Assembly: GCA_002794465.1 (NCBI GenBank) | Contig: MTSL01000101.1 | Span: forward strand, 110,962-142,961 | Direction of reading: 5' to 3' | DNA: 32,000 nt | Source of the DNA: Paramicrosporidium saccamoebae KSL3 | Taxonomy: Eukaryota > Fungi > Cryptomycota | Shown here: positions 20,037 through 28,404 of the stretch, in pieces | Numbering within the stretch: position 1 is the first letter of the stretch | Layout: each line of letters begins with the position of its first letter | Program-made: the position numbers and the translations under genes | Notes under the pieces: model-generated | Seen by the model: only the letters and a program-made list of their open reading frames with translations | Databases searched by the model: none | What the model was told of the DNA's origin: nothing

Positions 20037-20298
20037 ATGGGAACTCAACCCTATTTTAGTCCACGGAGTGAGTGTGTTTTGGATGTCTCAACAAGGTGAC
20101 GCCGACGCCGATATGCTTTGCCGTATCGAGCCGAATATGGAGAGAAAGATGCCAACCGAGGCCCTCCACACTAGCATTCGAGAGGTCGCACAAGAAGAAA
20201 TTCTCTGGGGTGCGCCGAGTAGACAATGCAATGTCAAGGAAAGCACAATGGCAAAGGTGCGGATGCTGCTGAACGGTCGTCGCCATCGCTGCGTCTAA
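20037..20298 (+). CDS. Possible small hypothetical protein (71 aa from ATG 20083, or 77 aa from ATG 20037 via a 28-nt intron at 20068-20095)
   Basis: An open frame filling a 466-bp gap. No recognisable motif, and an overlapping minus-strand ORF is equally possible. Confidence 0.22.
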
Positions 20299-20368
20299 GA
20301 TGTGGGACGTGGATATAGGGTGTGGAGTGTGGAGTGTTGCTTTGGATTTCAACTGAATAAACTTGCCG

Positions 20369-21495
20369 CTATTTTATTAGAGAAAGGGCATCCAAGGTAT
20401 ATGCTTGCGATAAAGTGACGTCTGCTTTGACGTTGATAAAGGGAGGCGTCTTTGGGGCCTTGTCAGCAGGCTGCTGACTTTCCATAAGGATGATGCATTC
20501 TCCAGGATCAGCAAAGTAGTCCAAGTGATAATATTGGTCCTCCCACACAAAACAGCGTCGTAATTTTCTTATTGGACAATGCGCGGGATCGGCTTGCAGT
20601 AGTAATGTTTCGTATTCTCGACTACTAAGGTTCCTTCGCAGCTCTCCATGTGACTGTTTTGTGGCCAGAGTGTAAACAAATGCACCGTCTTGCCCTCTCT
20701 TCCGCAATCGCGTCTTGGTACCAGGTTCTGCCACGAGTATATGATGCTCCACTTGAAAGTCTCTATACGGTACTGAAAAGTCCCCGGTCAGCTCAACAAG
20801 CCATTTGGATCGGACAGTGCCAGGCAGCGCATTATCTCGGATGCCGCACCGTCTCATCACGGCAGCCACGGTTCTCTGCACCTTTTTCTCAAAGTCGGTG
20901 CTGTTGTCGATGATGCTCAGGTACGGATGTCCGGTCCAAGCCGTCAATGCTCGATCGCACTGATAACGAGCCTGAGCGACAGTTTCGCTGCGGCAGGAAT
21001 GATTGCTGGTCGAGTAGTACGATTCAGCCCCAAAAGCAGCCGTCCTCATGTGGATGACGCAGTCGTATCGTTCGTCGCGTAGTTGGATCTCATCCATGCC
21101 AATCCTCGCTTTGATGCTGCTCCATTCCTGGGGACTCGTAAAGGCAGAAGCGTCCATGGTTCCTCTATCACACACTACCATTACGTGCTGTCCTTGTCTG
21201 AGAGAGGCCTCTGCCAAGTCCAGAAAGGTCCTCTCTACCGTCAACATGGAACGGAGCAGATTTTCCTGAAAGCTCACTCCGTCAGCTGGCTCTAGTACAG
21301 AAAAGTCCACTCCCCCGCTGAGAAGAATGCTAGCCATCTCGGACACCCGATACACTTTCCATCCGAGGTTGGTAAATATGTCAGTGATGATGGATTGTAC
21401 TGTAGTCTTGCCAGCGCAAGGCCCTAAAAGTAAGCGTGGCAAGTGATTATACCGCCGGTAAGGACTACGCGGCACAGCTGTGGGCTGCCATTCAT
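20369..21495 (-). CDS. TTD14: TRPL translocation defect 14-like protein (NadR/Ttd14 AAA_28 P-loop plus CYTH-like domain), 365 aa; exons 21495-21453 and 21423-20369
   Basis: RVVLTGGPCAGKTT after removal of a 29-nt intron, LGWKVYRVSEMASILLSGG, VCDRGTMDASAF, RYDCVIHM, WTGHP, and a C-terminal CYTH-like region (RLRKRG, YTL, RKLRRCFVW..QYYHLD). Confidence 0.85.
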
Positions 21496-21640
21496 GCAAA
21501 TAAGCTTTTCTAGGAATACTGTTAGAGTTGTGGGTGGGATGATATGTTTGTGAATTGATGATAATGGATCTTGAACCTCGCAAGTGTACCGCATTTATAG
21601 ATCGGGATTGGTAATAAACGGTCTGTTTGAGAGTAGAAAG

Positions 21641-21866
21641 TGCGACGTAGGCTTGATTGCCGTGTTCGTTGACATAATTACTCAGTCTATAGAGGGCATG
21701 CTTGGGAATAATCGATGGAGGATAATGAGATCTATTTCTTTGCCAACTTGGGATTACTTACTGCGTTATTAGTGCGAGTATAAACAGGCTGTTGTATTAA
21801 CAATGAACAGGTTCCCGCATGCCTTGATCCGTGGTATTATGCCCACTACGTTATAGAAAGGATGCC
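21641..21866 (-). mobile_element. Dispersed repeat copy 3 (inverted, more decayed)
   Basis: The reverse complement contains cgtagtgggcataataccac, catgcgggaacctgttcattgttaat (23/26 to copy 1), and the terminus aatcaagcctacgtcgca. TGCGACGTAG at 21641 is a 9/10 match to the TIR. Confidence 0.5.
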
Positions 21867-22207
21867 TTTATTAAAACCTACGGCACCTTTAAAAGTAACC
21901 ACCTTCAAATGGGTGGCAACTCATATGGATTGAAATTGCCAACCATAGGTGAATGCTGTCTGATAGGGGCGGTTGACGTACGACTTAATTTTATTAAAGT
22001 AGGTGGCTTCTTTATAAGCGGCCATTCTTAATATAACCAGACCGGACTGTGGGACCGCTATCTGGGTCGGATTCCCCAATGATACGCGGATGCCGTCTAA
22101 CAGGATCCTTGTTATAAGCCCGGCACGGTTCAAGACCTTTCGGTTGTTAGCATAAACCTCACAGACTGTACACGGTATTTTTTATTACAATATAGATCAT
22201 GGAGCGA

Positions 22208-24218
22208 CTAATCTGCAAGCAGATCAACAATCTGGGGTGAACTGGAAACAGCCGCCATGCTGGAACTGGGACTAATCTCTGTTTCTTCGTCCAAGTTTAA
22301 CAGGTCCGGCAGCGGCAGTGGTTTCTTGTGCGCCAACGGTCTTCCTGTTATCGTGTCCTTTGTAGAAAGTCGATGGTAGACTGATGCTACTGTGCCTATC
22401 TCGCTTAGCAGACGGTCAACGGTTTCGGGATCAAGTGGGGAGGGGCCAGGCATGTTGAGGCCTAGTGATCCGGCCTGGATGGTACTCAAGAAGCTTGGAT
22501 CGGCATCGAGGACGCGGCCATACATGATACTGCGCTCACGGAGATTGGCATTCTCAATACCAGCGAGCCCTTTGGAAATTACAGATTGCAGCGACTCTCT
22601 GTAAACTGTGTGGTCGGCAATGAAAAGTTTTAGGCAAGTTGTCAGTAGTTCAGACTGCACCAACGTTGGTTCCAAAGCAAAATTATCAATAAACCCACTT
22701 AGCAGCTCTACAGTGTTGTCGAGCATAGGTCCGTATTGTCCCAGAATCCAAACAATGGCGGCGCGGGCCTCGTCCTCGTCGTAAACATCGAGATTGGCGA
22801 GAAGGACAGTGACCAGGTCCAAGCCCGCGTCAGGGAATCGCCGCAGCATGGAATGCAGCGCAATCGCAATGGCCTGGAAGACGTAATCACCCTGACTTGC
22901 TAAAAGTTGTTCCAGGACGCTAAAGGCACGAGGAGCAGCAACAGGAACCTTAAGTGCACAGTCAGAAATACATTCGATGGACCGTTTGGCAAATTCCCCA
23001 TCCACTTCCTTTGCATACTCTGACAGCTCAGAAAGGACCTGTTCAAAATTGTCTTCATCAATAAGCTCGGTGATGATTAAGAGTTTCTCAAGTTTCACAT
23101 ACAACGGATCATTGAACTTGCAAAAGAAAACTCGCACTCCTTGGGCTAAAATGTCCCGCCGCCTTTGCAGAATGAGATTGATGTTCCTCAAAACAATATA
23201 CTGTACCTCTGGTGGAGAGGACAGCATGGAAACTAGGGGCGGTGCCAATTTCTTTTTCAAAGAGTCAATAATCTCATGATCTTCGGGAAGATAGGTCATG
23301 TAAACAAGGATGACTTTGACAGCCGACAAGACGACACTGCTATTCACATGCTGAAGACGAGGAGTAATCTTTTCGAGATACTGAATCGTCTCTTCGACCG
23401 TTTCTGGTTGAAATGTGACCAGTGTGTCGAGTACTGAAATCTGTCCCCATTCTGTGCAGTCATTTAAAACTGCAACAAGACGGGCTGCGGTGCGAGCATC
23501 TACATGAAATGCGCCTAGTTGGGGATTTTTTTCGTGAATGTCCGAAAGGGCTGCGACAACGTTTGCCAATACAGAAGCATTATTGTCAGCAAGCATCTCC
23601 TTGAGCATGTCGACGAAGCCATTCTCCTCAGCTAGCTCGGGCGACAGCTCTACTACTTTAGCGGCGCAAACTGCTGCAGTTTTGCGGACATAGGCATTCT
23701 CGTCCTGCAGTGCCTTTCGCAATGGCTCGCAGAGGTAATCAAGGACTTTGTCAACACGGAGACACCCCATGGTCCGCAATGCCAAAGCCCGTACCAGTGG
23801 ATTTGGATCATCAGCATCCTAAAAATTCAAAACCACCACAAGAGTTACTTTGCAAAATGTATTGATAGCAAGGATCACAAGTTCTGGCTGGCTTTTGGCG
23901 TAATTCATCAAATATAAATAAACCAGCTTTTTCAACTCAATGTCATCAGTTTGAATGTTCTTCAGGACATCAGGAAAGAGCGAGCCCACATCCTTGCCAA
24001 TGGTCATGCTCGCAATGACTTTTTTGACGGCCTCCTTTCGGACTAGCTGAATTTCACTGTTTAATTCGGCCCGCAGCTCGTAAACTTCACCTGCAAACTC
24101 ACAAATCATAGGCCTCCGAGTTACCACGTTTGCTCGTGTCAAAGTAATTAGGACGAGTTATACTAACTGCAGCGGCGGCAGCTGCCGAAGCAAACTGTCG
24201 AAGTCGCTCAGCCGCCAT
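22208..24218 (-). CDS. AP-1/AP-2 adaptor beta subunit, 648 aa, with no ear domain; exons 24218-24125, 24090-23849, 23818-22208
   Basis: [89 protein letters not shown] and [12 protein letters not shown], with clathrin box LLNLD in the tail. Introns are 34 and 30 nt. Confidence 0.93.
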
Positions 24219-24297
24219 TAACGAAGGGTTGCTGCTGGTAGGGGACAGCTTGGCAGTGGTCAAATCTGTGACCAGGGTCTCCCACTTTCCACACAGA
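24219..24297. promoter_or_regulatory. Putative 79-bp bidirectional promoter (beta-adaptin / RPL5)
   Basis: Gap between divergent ATGs at 24218 and 24298. Confidence 0.5.
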
Positions 24298-25192
24298 ATG
24301 GTACGTAGATCCCCCATCCATCCGTCCTAATTTTTAGCCATTCGTCAAGGTTGTTAAAGATAAGGCCTACTTCAAGCGCTACCAGGTTAAATATCGCCGC
24401 CGCCGCCAGGGAAAGACTGACTACTATGCTCGCAAGCGCCTGATCATCCAGGATAAGAACAAGTATAACACCCCCAAGTACCGCCTGGTTGTCCGCATCA
24501 CCAACACCAACGTTATTTGCCAGATGGTGTATGCCAAGATTCAGGGCGACTTTGTCCTCGCTTCGGCCTACGCTCATGAGCTCCCCAACTATGGTGTCAA
24601 GGTTGGTCTGTCCAACTATGCTGCTGCCTACTGCACTGGTCTCCTCTGCGCTCGTCGCGTTCTCACCAACCTTGGTTTGGACAAGACCGAGTTCAACGAG
24701 GAGGACGGACCCCGTTCGTTCAAGGCCTTCCTCGACACTGGTTTGGCCCGGACTTCCACTGGTGCCAAGGTCTTCTCTGCCATGAAGGGTGCCGTCGATG
24801 GCGGTCTTAATCTTCCTCACAGCGACAAGCGCTTCCCAGGCTTCAACAGCGAGACTGACGCTGCTGATCCCGAAGTTATGCGCAAGCACATTTTCGGCGG
24901 CCACGTCGCTGATTACATGCGCCAGCTCAAGGAGGACGACTCCGAGCGTTACCAGAAGCAGTTCAGCCGCTATATTAAGGCTGGTCTCACTGCTGACTCT
25001 CTCGAGTCCATGTATGAGAAGGCTCACGAGTCCATTCGCAAGAACCCTGTGGCTGCCAAGAAGGAGAAGAAGGCTGTTACTGAGCACGCTTCCCTCAAGT
25101 TCAAGAAGCCAAGAATGAACCTCAAGCAGCGCAAGGATCGCGTGCGCCAGAAGATGGCTTCATTCGAGGCCAAGATGGAGGCTATGAACTAA
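24298..25192 (+). CDS. RPL5: 60S ribosomal protein uL18 (L5), 285 aa; exons 24298-24300 and 24338-25192
   Basis: The ATG is followed directly by a 37-nt intron, then [46 protein letters not shown] and [18 protein letters not shown]. Confidence 0.97.
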
Positions 25193-25420
25193 GTAACGCA
25201 TCTTTAATAAATACATTACATCCTCATAGATCCATCTTCACTTTGCCATTATCTGACCGCATGAGTCATTATTCAAGTTTCTTAGTAATGGGCATGAATA
25301 TTAAAAGATGTGTTGGCGGGAGAGACGATGGTTGGTGGCCGTTTTTACCTATAGTCGGGGGGAGGATTGGGCGGGACCCCGCCAAGCAATTTTGTTGCTT
25401 CCGCCGTAGTCGCACTGACA

Positions 25421-26959
25421 ATGGGACTAGCCGGCCAAGCTGCCTCCGGCGCAGCCAGCCAACCAACAGAAAAACTGCTCACCTCTGACCCGAGTCGACC
25501 GCCGCGACTTTCCCGTCGAGAGCGCGACTCGTATTGTTTCCACCTTGAATTCTCAGCCGAGTCACAGTACATCCTCCCCAACTTGGTACGTTATGTCTTG
25601 GCCTATGGGGCGGTATAACCAAAGTTGGTTGATTGACTTTGAATAGAAATATTCGGCCTTCTTGGACATTAATGTCACCCACATTATCACCGACAAGCCT
25701 ATAGCGACGGTGCAGAATTCCGCCATGGTGCGTAAACTGGGATGCAAAGTACTCTCATTGGCCGGTACTTATGGCTCCGATGACTGATCATGTGGATAGA
25801 TTTCTTGCAGAAAATCATTGAATCCTATTCCCGGACGTCAGTTAGACACCCACAAAGACCTCCCATGAGCCCATCTTTGCGTAGAGCCGCCAACGAGTTG
25901 AATCACTCCCGAGACTTGTCACACATGCTGGCCGAGGAGAAGCGCCGAGGCGCCGCGGCCCCTATAGCACGTGGAGGACGTGTTTTGACTCCTCTTTACA
26001 ATGCGGGCACGGGCGCAGTGAACCTTTTTAATCAGCAAAATAGAACAAACCGAGAGCCTCCCGTGGTTGTTGCTCCTATTGAAGGCCGATTGCTTGGTTC
26101 GATTGGTGATAAAAAGGTCGTTTATGAACAATTTCGAAGTCCGTTTGTTTTACTGGAAGAGATTACGCACACTTTTGCTCCTGTCTATAAAGAATATCCA
26201 CCGAATGCCACTGAAATGTGCACATATCCCATGCTCCATTTCGGGTCGCATGAATTCCATTGTCCATGGCTTGTGAGACATTCAGGACCTCAGCAGTTGC
26301 CGCAGCCGCACATCCCCACTGCGCCTAGTAAACCTATCCTGGTGCCTGCTGGACAGAAGCATCGCGTGGCAAAGACTATTAGAACTCTTGCTCAGCACCG
26401 GGTGCTTGCAGAAGAGCAGGCTGGAAAGCGTCCCAAGTTACCGTTGAGAGGAATGGGGCAGGCTCCACTGCCTCCAATTACTGGTTCTGTAAGGGCTAAT
26501 GCCACTGGGGAAAGACCCCGTCCGGGTTTTTGCGAGTGCTGCTATGAGAAATATTCCAATCTGGAGAAGCATCTCAACCGCGATACCCATCGTAAACTTG
26601 TCTGCACCGGAGAATTTTATAGAAGTGTTGATCGCGTTTTGGGTACACTAATCCGGCCTGCGGCAAAGTATTCGTACGAGGAGAACCTTTCCCAGCCTTT
26701 GGATGCCCCGCCCTCTCCCGCAAAGTCTGTCGTCGGCATGCATCCAATGAGAATCAAGTCAATCCCTTTGAAGAATATTACAAACCAGATTCCTTTCCCT
26801 GTGAATAATGCGACCAAGCCGATTGCTGCCCATGTCATGGACGAAGTTGACGTCGAATCAGACTCTCCAATTTATTCCTCGCCCAGCCTAAAACGTCGTC
26901 GCTCGCAGCGTCTTGTAGGTAGAAGTAGTGGTCGAGCTACGGCCAGATTTGTGCTCTGA
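25421..26959 (+). CDS. DBF4: Dbf4/Dfp1 regulatory subunit of the Cdc7 kinase, 489 aa; exons 25421-25612, 25647-25764, 25800-26959
   Basis: BRCT-like motif N (LAYGAKYSAFLDINVTHIIT...KVLSLADF), motif M (FRSPFVLLEE..FAPVYKEY..YPMLHF..CPW), and the motif C zinc finger (PGFCECCYEKYSNLEKHL...H). Introns are 34 and 35 nt. Confidence 0.85.
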
Positions 26960-27135
26960 TCCTCCTTTTGGGACGGAGATTTACCTCGTATTATACATAA
27001 ACCCGAACTACATGTGTGAGGCTAAAGACTGAGGAATTATCTTGTAGTATTAACGAACCTTTATTGCGGGTCTCTTGATCGCCGATATGCAATAGAGTGG
27101 ATTGGCTAGCTGGAGATTTGAAGACAGCGAGATTT

Positions 27136-27204
27136 TTAGTTGGGTGTAGAAATACAGGGAGGTTTATATCCATGCTATTCTAGAATGGTTGATACATCAT
27201 TTCA
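27136..27204 (+). mobile_element. Possible highly decayed fourth copy of the dispersed repeat
   Basis: gctattctagaatggttgatacatcatttca (27174-27204) resembles gctaatcctagaatggtatggatacacatctca of copy 1. An inverted CCCAACTAA 9-mer lies at 27136. Confidence 0.3.
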
Positions 27205-27476
27205 GAGACTAGAAATAGGCCGTTGGATTGACATGGACACATTCTCCTCCTGCTTGACTGTCTGTGGCATCTTCCCCGTTACGCGATGGGTGCGTTCTCT
27301 TGCAGCAACGGCCCCTTGTTAGGCTATTTGATTGATTACATTATATGCTCTTCCACAATAGACCCTTTACTAGACATTTTGATCTATTCCATATACACTT
27401 TCTCACAGTAGACTCATTGTTGGAATCTCTGATTCATTATAAACCAACTTTCTAAATATTTAATATTTTAAAGGAA

Positions 27477-28150
27477 ATGTCGCAATCTGCTGCGAAAGCA
27501 GTCCAGTATGGCCAGTATTTGATGCAATGTCTGCCAAAGTACATCCAACGTACTAGTGTGTACCAAGACGAGCTCTCCTTACACATCGCTTCTTCTTCTC
27601 TCATCCCTGTGATGACCTTTCTTCGCGACCACCATAATGCTCGTTATCAGCAATGTATGGAGCTTACGGCCTCCGACCACCCCACTGCTCCTCAGCGTTT
27701 TCACCTTGTCTATGCTCTCCTCTCACTCCGTCATAACTCTCGGCTGCTCGTTCGTACCACCACTGACGAAACAACTCCTGTACCATCACTATCTCCAGTC
27801 TTTTCATCCGCCATTTGGCCGGAGCGCGAAGTTTTCGACATGTTCGGCGTGGTCTTCTCTGGCCATCCCGATCTAAGGAGAATTTTGACCGATTACGGCT
27901 TTGAAGGACATCCACTTAGAAAAGATTTCCCTCTCTCTGGGTTTACCGAGGTGAGATACGACGAAGAGAAGGGCAGGATTGTGTCAGAGCCACTGGAGCT
28001 CACCCAAGAATATCGCAAATTCGAATTTGCTAATCCAGTTAAGCTTTTGTGCATTTCTTAATATCTTTTTAGTGGGAACAAGCGCAAAACAAGAAGCCTG
28101 CAAACCTTGTCCCCATTCCAACCAAGCCATTGCCCTCGGATCAAAAATAA
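27477..28150 (+). CDS. NDUFS3: NADH:ubiquinone oxidoreductase 30-kDa subunit (NuoC/Nad9 family); exons 27477-28037 and 28073-28150, with a possible extra 5' exon at 27345-27407
   Basis: [74 protein letters not shown]|WEQ. The 35-nt intron is 28038-28072. Confidence 0.95.
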
Positions 28151-28173
28151 ACTTTGGAACTTTTATTCAGAAA

Positions 28174-28245
28174 TCCCCGTTCGTATAGTGGCTAGTACAC
28201 ATGCCTGTCACGCATGAGACCGGAGTTCGATTCTCCGACGGGGAG
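28174..28245 (+). tRNA. tRNA-Asp (anticodon GTC), 72 nt, intronless
   Basis: Acceptor stem TCCCCGT/ACGGGGA, anticodon arm CATGC-CTGTCAC-GCATG, T arm CGGAG-TTCGATT-CTCCG, and A-box TAGTGG. Confidence 0.97.
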
Positions 28246-28248
28246 ATA

Positions 28249-28253
28249 TTTTT
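28249..28253 (+). terminator. Pol III oligo-T terminator
   Basis: TTTTT begins 4 bp after the tRNA 3' end. Confidence 0.7.
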
Positions 28254-28404
28254 GCATTTTGGTTGTTTGTGGGTTACTTTGTCCTGCTCGTTGCATTTCG
28301 CATTACCTCCCTCTGTTTATAATAGATATGAGAACGACTGGAGTGCATCTAAACTTGTACGCTGCACTAATGGTTATACCGAGAGAAAATAAATGATTTT
28401 CTTA

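Noticed and set aside
20072-20298. Mitoribosomal bL32-like reading of the small ORFs
   Set aside because: The ILWGAP resemblance lacks the following basic KKKxSxxRxRxR tract and the CxxC zinc ligands.
21878-21887. CTACGGCACC as the second TIR of repeat copy 3
   Set aside because: It is an 8/10 match to CTACGTCACA but lies about 120 bp closer to the core than in copy 1, so the spacing is inconsistent.
24260-25087. 275-aa minus-strand ORF
   Set aside because: It is the antisense shadow of highly codon-biased RPL5 and has no motifs.
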